This document shows positions 22,222 through 30,815 of a stretch of 32,000 nucleotides of DNA, piece after piece; the first letter of the stretch is position 1; the number at the start of each line of letters is the position of its first letter. The notes beneath the pieces are model-generated. The model was not told the DNA's origin, ran no database searches, and was given only the letters and a program-made list of their open reading frames with translations. The DNA is taken from the NCBI GenBank assembly GCA_026625185.1, contig CP113000.1, forward strand, positions 2,085,622-2,117,621, read 5' to 3'. The translations under genes and the position numbers were made by a program. This DNA is from Thermodesulfobacteriota bacterium (GTDB lineage: Bacteria > Desulfobacterota > WTBG01 > JAGOGO01).

Positions 22222-24992
22222 TATTCGTATCTCCGGGAGCGTGACATCGCCCGATTAAAATCGGTCATTATCTGTCCTTCTGATTTTCTAAAGCTGTTAG
22301 GATTTGGACTTACAATATTGAAACGATTAAAGACTGTGATTCCTTGTGAAGCACCTCGATCGGCTCCGGTATTAATTGTGCGGAGATCCCGTTGCGTCAT
22401 TACTCGCTCCGGCTCGCGCTCGGCGAACGAATAATAGCGTCCGGTTGAAAGCCCGCGGCCAAGAACCGGCTCCGGGATCCAGCCGCCCTCGGCAAATCCG
22501 AGAGCGGCCATAAAGGGCAGCCCCCCAAACATGCTTCCCGCTCCGCCCGCCATTGCAGCACTACCGCCGCCTCCAAATAATCCTCCTAATCCCCCCATAA
22601 GTCCGCCCAAAATCCCCCTTCCGCCGCCGCCACCACCTCCGAACATTGACCCCATAGAACCTAACAAACTCGATAATCCGCTCGATAGGGAACTGAATAA
22701 CTGAGAAAGCCAACCTGATAAGGAGCTGAACAACCCCTGTATTTTGTTAAAAAGAGAGGAAAAGAAATCGGTAAATTTACTCCACAGTGAGCTAAGCCAG
22801 CTTTCGGTTTTTCCGCCCGTACCTTCGGTTGTGGGGCCTGGGCCGGTGGGCGCTCCAGCTCCCGGAATCCCGGCTCCACCCGCGACTACACCATTAATAT
22901 AAATATTTCCGGTCGTGGTAATGGTGTATGCGCTGGCGTTGGCTATTGACGCAGGGCTTTTACTCCCTCCGCCTAAAAGTGATCCCAGCCACCCCATAAA
23001 ACCGCCAGAGCTTTTATTTTGTCCCGCAGGGTTGGTCTTGTTGCTTAACCATCCCTGAAGTTTAATCATCATATCATCAACAAATTTTTGAGATGACACG
23101 TCAAACCACTTCTTTGCCAACGAATCGATAAAAGAAGTCCAATACTCTTTAAACGATTTTGTCTGTCCTTTCCACCGGTCAAACAACATGGTTGAAAGCG
23201 TATTGCTCGACTGATTGGCAAATTCCGCTACCATCTCGCTCATGGCTTTTCCGGTTGTCATTGCCTCCTTTTTAATTCTCAAAAGACCTGCTTCAACTCC
23301 GGCAACCCAATCATCACTTTTTTCGCCCATCTCAATATAGGCATTGATGGTCTCTTCCTTTACCCAGGCTGCCACAGCCGCTTCATCAATGCCGAGCGCC
23401 CGATATTTTCTGGCCTGTTCGTCAATTAGCTTTACCGTGGCTTCAAAATATTCACCAGAATACCCCCTCAAGTCCTTATATAAATCTCGTTCCGCATCGA
23501 GCCTCTCTTTCGATACTGACAGTCCAATTTCTCTTTTTCTGGCGGCGACATAGTTAGCTATATCAATTTCTGTCGCGCCTTCTTTACGGTATTCCTCAAC
23601 TTTTCTGTCGAGAGCGGCCATCTCTTGCGCCTGAGCGCCTTCCTGCAGCCCCGTAATGTTTTCCAGTGATGATTGCGTGTCATCCTGTATTTTTTTTGCC
23701 GCTGCCGCTCTGATTTCAGCAATTCGGGCGGCCACGAATTCTTCGATTTTTGTTTTAGAAACCCCGGCTTTCCGGTACTCCGCCACCTCATTTTGAATTG
23801 TGAGCATTTCTTTGGCATAGGAGCCTTGTTGAATGCCCACGATATTTTCTCGTGACTGCCGGGTCGCTTCTGTGATCTTTTTTATGGCGTTTTCTAATTC
23901 CTGTGATTTTTTAGCAGCCTCCGCCGCCGCTTTGGCCTGAGCCATCCAGGCGTCAATCCGTTTTTGGGCGTCCGCCTGCTGTTTTTTCCAATCGCCCTTG
24001 GTTTTGCCGCTGGCATCCTCAACCTGGCCGGTAAGGTTGCCCATAGCCTTTGCCATTAATTCATCTGCCGATCCGCTCCAGGCATCAGCTATTTTTTTCA
24101 TCTCTTCTGCTTCTGCTCTAAACCTTTTGGCAGCATCAGTCCTTCCCAATTTTTCGTTTATTGCTGCCAGGGCAAAATTTACTCCCGCCCCCAGGGCAAC
24201 AAAACCTGCTGCCGCCATAGAAGCTCCCGCGGCCACCCATTGTAATAATCCTAAAAGTTTTTGTAGGCCGGTTAAAAGCCATCCCCCAATAGTTTCCTTA
24301 ATTTCATCACATTGTGCCTTGAATTGCTGCATGGCTATCGCAGAACTGCTGGTTTGGAGAGCCAGTTTTGCCTCCTGTAATTCCGCGTTGGCAATAACCA
24401 GATCCAACAGATTAAGATTTTCCGCACCTCCGGCAACCGCTTTGTTAAATAGGCTCATCTGCTCTTTAGTGATGAGTCCAAACTTTCTGAGACCCCGCGG
24501 CATTTCATTAGCAATCGCGTCAATAATCTGGTCGGCGACATCACCGATGTCTTCGCCCGCTTTGACCGCACCAACCCGGGCTGCGTCAAATAACTGCGGT
24601 ATTTTATTTGGATCAACATCCTGAGCTATTGCCTTGAGAGCTTTCTGCATAAGATGAGAATCATCAATGGTATTCCGTGAGGCCTCCCTCATTTTTTCGA
24701 TCATTGTATCTGCGTTAACGCCCACCGATTGGGTTATGTTTCTAAACGCAACCTCCGCCTGCTCAGCTTTGGCGGCCATATCCATATAATCCCAGGCTTT
24801 TTGCATCGCATAAATGGTGCCAATGATTTCCAGCCACGCTGATTTAACCTTTTGCCAGGCAGACGCGGAGGTGTGCGCGGCCGTCTGATTCTTTTTCCCA
24901 AACTGCTCTATTTTGCCCGCGGCCTGGTCAATGACCACAGACCCGTCGTCTTTTACTTTGAGCGTTAGTTGGATGGTGTTGGAATTGGCCAT
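22221..24992 (-). CDS. tail tape measure protein
   Basis: 923 aa, largely Ala/Glu/Lys-rich and helical-looking, with internal roughly 45-aa repeats (EYRKAG...FVAARIAEI / EYRKEG...YVAARKREI / KYRALG...AAWVKEE) and a Gly-rich C-terminal region. It follows the G/GT chaperone pair. Confidence 0.9.
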   Translation of the reverse strand: MANSNTIQLTLKVKDDGSVVIDQAAGKIEQFGKKNQTAAHTSASAWQKVKSAWLEIIGTIYAMQKAWDYMDMAAKAEQAEVAFRNITQSVGVNADTMIEKMREASRNTIDDSHLMQKALKAIAQDVDPNKIPQLFDAARVGAVKAGEDIGDVADQIIDAIANEMPRGLRKFGLITKEQMSLFNKAVAGGAENLNLLDLVIANAELQEAKLALQTSSSAIAMQQFKAQCDEIKETIGGWLLTGLQKLLGLLQWVAAGASMAAAGFVALGAGVNFALAAINEKLGRTDAAKRFRAEAEEMKKIADAWSGSADELMAKAMGNLTGQVEDASGKTKGDWKKQQADAQKRIDAWMAQAKAAAEAAKKSQELENAIKKITEATRQSRENIVGIQQGSYAKEMLTIQNEVAEYRKAGVSKTKIEEFVAARIAEIRAAAAKKIQDDTQSSLENITGLQEGAQAQEMAALDRKVEEYRKEGATEIDIANYVAARKREIGLSVSKERLDAERDLYKDLRGYSGEYFEATVKLIDEQARKYRALGIDEAAVAAWVKEETINAYIEMGEKSDDWVAGVEAGLLRIKKEAMTTGKAMSEMVAEFANQSSNTLSTMLFDRWKGQTKSFKEYWTSFIDSLAKKWFDVSSQKFVDDMMIKLQGWLSNKTNPAGQNKSSGGFMGWLGSLLGGGSKSPASIANASAYTITTTGNIYINGVVAGGAGIPGAGAPTGPGPTTEGTGGKTESWLSSLWSKFTDFFSSLFNKIQGLFSSLSGWLSQLFSSLSSGLSSLLGSMGSMFGGGGGGGRGILGGLMGGLGGLFGGGGSAAMAGGAGSMFGGLPFMAALGFAEGGWIPEPVLGRGLSTGRYYSFAEREPERVMTQRDLRTINTGADRGASQGITVFNRFNIVSPNPNSFRKSEGQIMTDFNRAMSRSRRYE

Positions 24993-24994
24993 GA

Positions 24995-25716
24995 TTAAAA
25001 CATTCTCATTTTCATCATTCGTTCTTTTTTGAGCTGCTCAATCAATTCGTTTACTTCTCCCAAGTCCTGCCATTCTTCAAGGGTTAAATCGTTCGCTTTA
25101 AAAGGGTACCCGGCTTTTTGCAATCTTCGTATGTCCAGTATATGGATCGTCCATTCGTTCGGTTCCTTGATCAGCCCGCACCTATTACATATTTCCTCTA
25201 TATTTCCTTCGCCGAACGCGCCTGAACAATTTTTTTTCTCTTTTTCGGTGCAGAGGTTTCCGGTGTAGATCGCCCGGACCTCCGCTATGAGTTTTTTTCG
25301 GCGTCCTCCCCAGCTTCTTCTCCGCCGCTGAAGATATCAATATCCCGGCTATTGCCCTCAAAAATCTGGAGCGCCATGAATTCGACCAGATCGCTCGCGT
25401 ACCGGCAAACCAACTCTTTCCAGTTGGAGTCATAATCCGGTGACTGCGGATTCGAGGAATAAGACACTTCTTTGCCGTTTTCGATTTTTACAAAATCTCC
25501 GTCTTTTATGCCGGTCAAAATCAATTTTCCGTATTTCTGACGGGCTTCCACGATCTCGTTTTTGATTTTATTGCCTTCGCGGCGGATGCTTGCCTTGCCA
25601 TATCGCACGCGCTCTTCAGTGGTGGGCAGGCGATAAAACAGGGAGATGGTTTCCCCTGAAATAGCATCGTTTATTTTTAACTCGTTGATTACATCTGGCG
25701 CGGTAATGCGTGGCAT
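24995..25716 (-). CDS. tail assembly chaperone GT-like fusion made by programmed -1 frameshift
   Basis: The heptamer A_AAA_AAC (plus coordinates 25291-25297) is in the correct zero-frame phase. The -1 frame then stays open for about 97 codons (KKLIAEVRAIYTGNLCTEKEKKNCSGAFGEGNIEEICNRCGLIKEPNEW...ELIEQLKKERMMKMRMF*). It stops at 24995-24997, 2 nt before the tape-measure ATG. Confidence 0.7.
25285..25716 (-). CDS. tail assembly chaperone (lambda gpG-like)
   Basis: 143-aa acidic protein between the tail tube and tape measure genes. It ends ...AEKNS* with a slippery A_AAA_AAC two codons before the stop. Confidence 0.75.
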   Translation of the reverse strand: MPRITAPDVINELKINDAISGETISLFYRLPTTEERVRYGKASIRREGNKIKNEIVEARQKYGKLILTGIKDGDFVKIENGKEVSYSSNPQSPDYDSNWKELVCRYASDLVEFMALQIFEGNSRDIDIFSGGEEAGEDAEKNS

Positions 25717-25777
25717 AATTTCCTCCGTAAAATTTAATGATCAATTGTAAAGACGAACGGCCGTTCGCTCCTACAGG

Positions 25778-26710
25778 TTATGTGATGGTTATTTTTAGTT
25801 CGTCGTCTCCGCTGTTCATGGAAAGCCGGAACGGCACCTGATAGGTCAGCAACCCTTCCCGGTCTCCGTAGCTGGGTCCCTCCGACTGTAACTTCGGAGC
25901 AGTAATAGTGATGATGTTGCCCTGGGCGCTGCCGATAGGGCCGATATTAAGGGCAATGGCGGTAGCGTTTTCCCATTTATTCCAAAACGCGTAGGTGGCT
26001 TCGGTAACCGTTTCGGGATCGAGACTTCCGCCGGGCTTTCTGCCGGTGATCATTATTTCTCTGAGGCCGGTGGCCGTGTTCAGATCGGTGCGTTTGCCGA
26101 GGTTGTTATTCATCGAGATCTCGATGGCCGTGGCTACCGGCGAATAGGCATCGAGCGTCAGGCCAGCGCTGAAAAGCAGTGGCGGAATAACGCTGGAAAA
26201 GGTCTGCGCGGCGGGCGTGGCATCAACCGGAGCGACATACAAACCCTTAAAGGTCCACTTGACCTCCAGGTATTTGCCGACGCTGCCGTTAATGGTAAAG
26301 GTGCCTCGGCAGCCGGTGATCTTGTGAAATATGCCGTCTTTGTACACATAAAGGGTGACTGATTCAAAACTATCGCTGACCGGCAGGTATTCGATTTTTG
26401 TGTCCGCGGTGATGGTTTCATCCAGACCGCACGCCCGCAAAAGCGTACCCTCCCATCCCCATGCCGGCAAAGCGCCCCGGGTGCCGGTGCCCTTGAATTC
26501 AGTGGTAAACGTCACATCCACCTCTTTCATTCCCATCACAAACTGCAGGGGGGAAAGGCTGGAGCGCAGAAAATCCCGCTCAACCAGCTCGCCGCTGGGC
26601 TTGATATCTACATCCTTCACCAATATGGCATTTGCCGCGGGCGTGGGCGTGGGATCAGTGCCGTATTCGGTTTCTATTTTGGCCAGAATAACTGTTTTTC
26701 TGGTTAACAT
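25778..26710 (-). CDS. major tail (tube) protein
   Basis: 310 aa, positioned directly upstream of the G/GT chaperones with a strong RBS (AAAGGAGGTG). The N-terminal pattern KIETEYGTDPTPTP...VDIKP...ERDFLRSSL resembles siphovirus tube proteins. The call rests mainly on synteny. Confidence 0.65.
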   Translation of the reverse strand: MLTRKTVILAKIETEYGTDPTPTPAANAILVKDVDIKPSGELVERDFLRSSLSPLQFVMGMKEVDVTFTTEFKGTGTRGALPAWGWEGTLLRACGLDETITADTKIEYLPVSDSFESVTLYVYKDGIFHKITGCRGTFTINGSVGKYLEVKWTFKGLYVAPVDATPAAQTFSSVIPPLLFSAGLTLDAYSPVATAIEISMNNNLGKRTDLNTATGLREIMITGRKPGGSLDPETVTEATYAFWNKWENATAIALNIGPIGSAQGNIITITAPKLQSEGPSYGDREGLLTYQVPFRLSMNSGDDELKITIT

Positions 26711-26712
26711 GG

Positions 26713-26868
26713 TTATTCACCTCCTTTATTAGGTTCGAGGTTCGAGGTTTTTTTATCCTCATTTTTTGATCCTCGTGCCGCGCTCCTCGTGCCTTGTTCT
26801 TCCGGGGGCGCCGGGATCAGAGTTTGCCCCCCTTGCCGAACGTTAATAGTCATGCCTTTTTGTCCCAT
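26713..26868 (-). CDS. possible small phage protein (51 aa), uncertain
   Basis: Not in the track. AGGAG lies 9 nt upstream of the ATG at 26868. Translation MGQKGMTINVRQGGQTLIPAPPEEQGTRSAARGSKNEDKKTSNLEPNKGGE* stops 2 nt before the tube gene ATG. It is low-complexity and overlaps repeat/hairpin DNA. Confidence 0.3.
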   Translation of the reverse strand: MGQKGMTINVRQGGQTLIPAPPEEQGTRSAARGSKNEDKKTSNLEPNKGGE

Positions 26869-26885
26869 TTTTAAAATCTCCTGTG

Positions 26886-27326
26886 TTAAAGGGTATATCG
26901 GGTCCGGGTTGCAAACCGGATCGCATAGGCTGCAGACTTCTCGGTGTTTTCGATCGCGGTTTCGTCCACCGGCAAAAGCGGATCAATGGTCAATCCGACC
27001 GCGTTATTGCTCAATGTCGCGCGCGCATCATCCAGCAGGTCATACGCTCCTTTTGTTGTGCCCTGTCCCCGCCGGGCTTCTTCCTCGCCCCGTAAATTCT
27101 TTGCCACCACAATGACCGCGAAATTCATCCAGCGATCCTGTGTGCCGGACATAACGTGATCATACCGTCCGCCCTCATAAACCACATAGGCGGCCGGCAC
27201 CTGTACCGCGAGATCCGCCGCGTCATGAGTCAGCGCCTCTCCCAGCGATTTGCAGGTTTGGAGATAGGTAAGCTGAGTATTCAGCTCGTTAATAATCGCG
27301 TTTTCTATTTCTGTGATTGTTGGCAT
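26886..27326 (-). CDS. DUF1834-like (Mu gp37-like) head-tail/neck protein
   Basis: MPTITEIENAIINELNTQL...VPAAYVVYEGG resembles the Mu-like prophage gp37 family. It follows the gp36-like gene, as in Mu. Confidence 0.6.
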   Translation of the reverse strand: MPTITEIENAIINELNTQLTYLQTCKSLGEALTHDAADLAVQVPAAYVVYEGGRYDHVMSGTQDRWMNFAVIVVAKNLRGEEEARRGQGTTKGAYDLLDDARATLSNNAVGLTIDPLLPVDETAIENTEKSAAYAIRFATRTRYTL

Positions 27327-27364
27327 TTTTATCCGCCTTGCGCTCTGTGCTATGCGCTTTACTG

Positions 27365-27814
27365 TTAATAATTATCCAAACTTCCGGTTTCGTTGGTCGA
27401 GCGTTGCCCGATGGTAAAGGTGCGGTCTGTTTTCACCCGGCTGGTTTTAATCTGCTGTTCTCCGCCCGCTGGTTCGGGAACAATACCGAGCGACACATCA
27501 CCCTTGGCTATCAGTTTTAATAAATCAACCGCCGCCCGGTACCGTTCTTTTGCCACCTCATCGGCAACCTGCCGCCGGGAAAAAAGGTTCCAGATAGATA
27601 TATCAACCGAAACCTTATTGATAATCGGCGGCACCGGAGAAAGCGGAACGGTATAGCGGCCGGATAAATAGGTGTCGATTTCCGCATCCGCGTCAGCGAT
27701 CGCCTTATCTACCACGCCGGTGTCGGCAACTCCATCCCCGTTATCATCGGTCAGCTCAATGAGCTTATTTTCGGGGAGTTGTTTTTTGATGTCATCTTCG
27801 ATACAGTAAGCCAT
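27365..27814 (-). CDS. DUF1320-like (Mu gp36-like) head-tail connector protein
   Basis: MAYCIEDDIKKQLPENKLIELTDD...AIADADAEIDTYLSGRYTVPL...ISIWNLFSRR matches the gp36/DUF1320 pattern. Confidence 0.7.
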   Translation of the reverse strand: MAYCIEDDIKKQLPENKLIELTDDNGDGVADTGVVDKAIADADAEIDTYLSGRYTVPLSPVPPIINKVSVDISIWNLFSRRQVADEVAKERYRAAVDLLKLIAKGDVSLGIVPEPAGGEQQIKTSRVKTDRTFTIGQRSTNETGSLDNY

Positions 27815-27829
27815 GTGTGGTTCCTTGCT

Positions 27830-28039
27830 TTATTGCTGTTTTTTCTTTTCTTTCTCTTTGCCGGCGTCGTCCCCGCTGTTTTCATTTTTTTCAACTTTTG
27901 CCGCCGCCACATTATCGCCCAGCTTCTGTGCCTCTTTTTCGGTCAATTCGATCATATCGCCGACCTCATACCGGGTTGTCTGTTTGTCTTTTTCGGCCCC
28001 GTGTAACACCGGGGTATGCTGTATAATATATTTTGGCAT
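27830..28039 (-). CDS. small phage protein, unknown function
   Basis: 69-aa ORF between the capsid and connector genes with a GGGAGG RBS and a Lys/Glu-rich tail. Confidence 0.5.
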   Translation of the reverse strand: MPKYIIQHTPVLHGAEKDKQTTRYEVGDMIELTEKEAQKLGDNVAAAKVEKNENSGDDAGKEKEKKKQQ

Positions 28040-28075
28040 TTTGCTTGTCCTCCCTTTCTTAGTTGTGGAGTGGGC

Positions 28076-28098
28076 AGGAGCGCATTTCCTCAGCGCCC
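28076..28098 (-). other. stem-loop immediately downstream of the major capsid gene
   Basis: Minus-strand RNA GGGGCGC-UGAGGAAAU-GCGCUCC gives 7 pairs including one G-U. The same position is an A-C mismatch on the plus strand. No U-tract follows, so this is more likely a stabiliser or attenuator than a full terminator. Confidence 0.3.
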
Positions 28099-28109
28099 CA
28101 GCACCTTAT

Positions 28110-29048
28110 TTACGCAACCGCGTCCTGAATGAAATAGCCCAAGTCGCTGGCGATTATCTTTTCGTCCGAGTTGCAGGCCACTTTAAAATAGTGAGCGCCT
28201 TTTATGCCGCGCTTGGGGTCAAAATCTCTCTGGGTCTGCCGGAGCATTTCCATAAAGGTCAGGCCAAATGTTATGGTCTTTATGCCGGGATTCTTTTCCA
28301 CATAGAGCACCGCGCAGTGCTTGCCCCAGAGCCGGGCATAGGTCGGGGTCTGGCCCTCTTTGGTGGCGATGTATCGTCCCCGGCCGACCAGCCAGTTTTC
28401 CACCTCAAAAAGCCCCCGGCATTCTTCCACAGTGGCCAGCCCACCGGGTGACCCCTGATAGCGGGTTGATCCTTTGACCGCGTCGAGCACTTCCGGGAGC
28501 GCCCGGAATTTGGTCCATACATCGGCGCCCATGACAACTGTGTTGGCGCGGATAAAACAGGTCTCAATCGCGGTGAGAAGGTCCTGCACCGGCGCGTCAG
28601 CCGTTCCGCCCCACTGAGCGGTTCCGGAGAGCTGCACTTTATTCCCGCTGGGATACGTCCCGGCGGCAAAAATAACATTCGCCACCCGTGATTCCTGGGC
28701 GATATCGAGAAGCAGGTTGATAAAATCATTGGTGTCCACTTCCGGCTGGAGCGGGGTGTCGGCGTTGTCAATGCTTTCCTGCGGTAACCAGTCGCCGAGA
28801 GCGTGATCTTTAACGGAATAATTATCCGGAGTCTCACCCCAGTCCACTTCGTTGGGGAGGCTTTTAGGACCGATTTTGTCATCGACAAGTTTAAAACTGT
28901 CGGCCTTGTTGTACTTGGTGAATTTGTCTGACCGTTTGTTTACCTTGGCGACCGGCATAACAGCCGGCCAGATCATAGCCTCGTTGCGGTACTTTATTGA
29001 AAGATTTGTAAGCACCGCGTCTACATGTAAATTTCTTGGTTCTGGCAT
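28110..29048 (-). CDS. major capsid protein (HK97 fold, lambda E / Mu T-like size class)
   Basis: 312 aa with a strong RBS, located after the protease/scaffold and decoration genes and before the connectors. The assignment is largely positional. The alternative-frame ORFs in the track are shadows. Confidence 0.75.
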   Translation of the reverse strand: MPEPRNLHVDAVLTNLSIKYRNEAMIWPAVMPVAKVNKRSDKFTKYNKADSFKLVDDKIGPKSLPNEVDWGETPDNYSVKDHALGDWLPQESIDNADTPLQPEVDTNDFINLLLDIAQESRVANVIFAAGTYPSGNKVQLSGTAQWGGTADAPVQDLLTAIETCFIRANTVVMGADVWTKFRALPEVLDAVKGSTRYQGSPGGLATVEECRGLFEVENWLVGRGRYIATKEGQTPTYARLWGKHCAVLYVEKNPGIKTITFGLTFMEMLRQTQRDFDPKRGIKGAHYFKVACNSDEKIIASDLGYFIQDAVA

Positions 29049-29093
29049 GATATGTTCCTCCTGTTAAAATAGGGTTGTTTTTTAGTTTTAAAG

Positions 29094-29471
29094 TTAACCT
29101 TGAATCCTGCCCGGGACCAGGTGCACAAAGCCGATGTCGCCTGACACCCCGGAGACCATCGCTTTTCCCCCCACATTGTTATTGACGCCCGCAGCCGGAG
29201 CCGCGGCCACTCCCTGGCCTGAAGCATCCGAGGTAAGAAAATTTCCCCGTGTGACGTTGCCTCCGTATTTGATGCGTGAGACTCCCACAAGCATCACCCG
29301 CACCTCAGCTCCGGACTCGGCATCGTGCTGGAATACCCCGTCAATTTCATCCGAAACTGCCGCGGCCGGCACCATCGTGTCATCGTCCGAGCCGAACTTG
29401 GCAAAAGTGAACCCAGTAACGGCTGATCCGGCTTTTACGCTTTTTTCTAAAATGGTGGTTTGTCCTATCAT
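29094..29471 (-). CDS. DUF2190-like head decoration protein
   Basis: 125 aa, Gly/Ala/Val-rich and probably beta-rich (KAGSAVTGFTFAKFG...VRVMLVGVSRIKYGGNVTRGNFLTSDASG). It lies directly upstream of the capsid gene, as is typical for this family. Confidence 0.55.
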   Translation of the reverse strand: MIGQTTILEKSVKAGSAVTGFTFAKFGSDDDTMVPAAAVSDEIDGVFQHDAESGAEVRVMLVGVSRIKYGGNVTRGNFLTSDASGQGVAAAPAAGVNNNVGGKAMVSGVSGDIGFVHLVPGRIQG

Positions 29472-29530
29472 GATATGTGCCTCCTGTTTTGCTTGTTTGT
29501 TTTTGTCTTGTTTAAAATCCCCAAATTGTT

Positions 29531-30103
29531 TTACCGGTCTTTAAAAAGATCCGGGTTCTCTTTCGCCACGGCAAGGACCGCCTCTTTGTAGCTTGTCCCT
29601 TTGTTTTTCTCCATGTAATCTGAGACGGCTTTTTCTCTTTTTTCCTTATCATCTCCGTCGCCCGTGTCCTGGTCTCTCGTGGCAACCTCTTTGAAATTGA
29701 TCACCTTGGGCAGTTCGCCCAGAAACTTTTTGAACCACTCGATCCGGGACTCTTTGTGGTTCTCCGCAAATTCGATTACCTCTTCCCCGTCGAGGGATTC
29801 CATAAATTCCCGCAGGCCCATTTTTATCCAGGCCGGGATTACCTTGCCGTCCTTTATGAACGCCTCGCAGTATTCTTTGATCTCTTTTCCACGGGCCTCC
29901 TTGCGGGCGGTCTTTTCCTTCTCGGCAAATTCAAGCGCGGCTTTTTTCTTCCCGGCTTCCTCAGCCTCTTTTTTGATTTTCTCAATGTCCGCCTCGCTGT
30001 AATTCTGCGCCCCCGCTCCGACTCCGGGCTTATCACCGAGGTCATCCGGCAGATCATCAATTGCCTTCGCGAATATACTTTTGATTTTTTCTTTGATGCT
30101 CAT
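29531..30103 (-). CDS. nested in-frame scaffold protein (Mu gpZ / lambda Nu3-like arrangement)
   Basis: Internal Met-195 (ATG at 30103) is preceded by a perfect AAGGAGG (plus coordinates 30112-30118) 8 nt upstream, inside the protease ORF. The product MSIKEKIKSIF... is 190 aa and highly charged. Confidence 0.55.
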   Translation of the reverse strand: MSIKEKIKSIFAKAIDDLPDDLGDKPGVGAGAQNYSEADIEKIKKEAEEAGKKKAALEFAEKEKTARKEARGKEIKEYCEAFIKDGKVIPAWIKMGLREFMESLDGEEVIEFAENHKESRIEWFKKFLGELPKVINFKEVATRDQDTGDGDDKEKREKAVSDYMEKNKGTSYKEAVLAVAKENPDLFKDR

Positions 30104-30685
30104 AGTAGTTGCCTCCTTATACATTGATGGTTGTTCCACCTCCTGGGGAGGCGGTGTTTTAATGTCTTCAATAGACCAGTCCGGCACAATCCGGTCGGCG
30201 GTGTCCTGGTCGAACTTTTCAATCAGCCACTCCCGCAGACGCCGGAAAATGTCCCCGATGGTCCGGTCTTTCCATTCGTCAAATTCATAGGCGATTGATT
30301 CTTCGCCCTCTTTAAAAGCGATATCCGACAGCCCCTTGACTGCCGGCGGCATTGCTCCCAGAAACCCCACATGCCGGAGGGTTAAATCCGGGTAAAGCGA
30401 GATCGAACGTTTTTTGAAAAGTCCCTGTCTCACCATGTCGGCAAATTCCGGGACTACCTGTTTCAGCTTTGCCAGCAAAACTTTTCCCTCGCGCTTCAAT
30501 TCCTCTACCCATGCCCAAGCCGGAGCATTTTCCTTCGGATGCCCGATCACAATCGGAGCTTCGTGTTCCGCGGGGTTATATTTTTGTACGATCCCGTCCA
30601 GGTCGTCTTCCGTCCAGGTTTTGGTATTGCCCCCGGAATCGGTGTGCCTTCCCGTTTTAAAAATTTCAACAAATTTCCCATCCAT
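29531..30685 (-). CDS. capsid maturation protease fused to scaffold (Mu gpI-like)
   Basis: The N-terminal half (APIVIGHPKENAPAWAWVEELKREGKVLLAKL...FKKRSISLYPD) resembles Mu-like prophage protein I. The C-terminal half is a highly charged, scaffold-like region. Confidence 0.7.
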   Translation of the reverse strand: MDGKFVEIFKTGRHTDSGGNTKTWTEDDLDGIVQKYNPAEHEAPIVIGHPKENAPAWAWVEELKREGKVLLAKLKQVVPEFADMVRQGLFKKRSISLYPDLTLRHVGFLGAMPPAVKGLSDIAFKEGEESIAYEFDEWKDRTIGDIFRRLREWLIEKFDQDTADRIVPDWSIEDIKTPPPQEVEQPSMYKEATTMSIKEKIKSIFAKAIDDLPDDLGDKPGVGAGAQNYSEADIEKIKKEAEEAGKKKAALEFAEKEKTARKEARGKEIKEYCEAFIKDGKVIPAWIKMGLREFMESLDGEEVIEFAENHKESRIEWFKKFLGELPKVINFKEVATRDQDTGDGDDKEKREKAVSDYMEKNKGTSYKEAVLAVAKENPDLFKDR

Positions 30686-30815
30686 GAAATCACCTCCTTA
30701 ATGTGGATACCTTTTTATTTTGCCTGCCTCGCTTAAACCTTGCGGGCAGGTTCCGGTTACAAATGCCCGGATGGTAATATCATACTCCAACGCTTCTACG
30801 GGCAAATTTTGCGCC

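Noticed and set aside
21439-22434. 331-aa plus-strand ORF, one of the longest in the track
   Set aside because: It is antisense to three tightly packed minus-strand genes (DUF2163-like, DUF2460-like, tape measure) and crosses their boundaries. It is Arg/Ser/Gly-rich shadow-frame sequence with no RBS.
23998-24624. 208-aa plus-strand ORF inside the tape measure gene
   Set aside because: An Ala/Ser/Pro-rich antisense shadow of an Ala/Glu/Lys-rich gene. The plus-strand ORFs at 23344-23553 and 23673-23855 are also antisense shadows, and 23558-23818 is an alternative minus-strand frame of the tape measure gene.
25185-25433. 82-aa minus-strand ORF overlapping the end of the chaperone gene
   Set aside because: Wrong frame for the G/GT extension. 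It is an Arg/Lys-rich shadow sequence. The genuine -1 frame extension has no Met of its own and is reached by frameshifting.
27813-28888. ORFs 27813-28451 (+, 212 aa) and 28280-28888 (-, 202 aa) overlapping the capsid region
   Set aside because: These are alternative-frame or antisense ORFs within the well-supported capsid and neighbouring genes. They are Pro/Arg/Ser-rich and lack RBSs.
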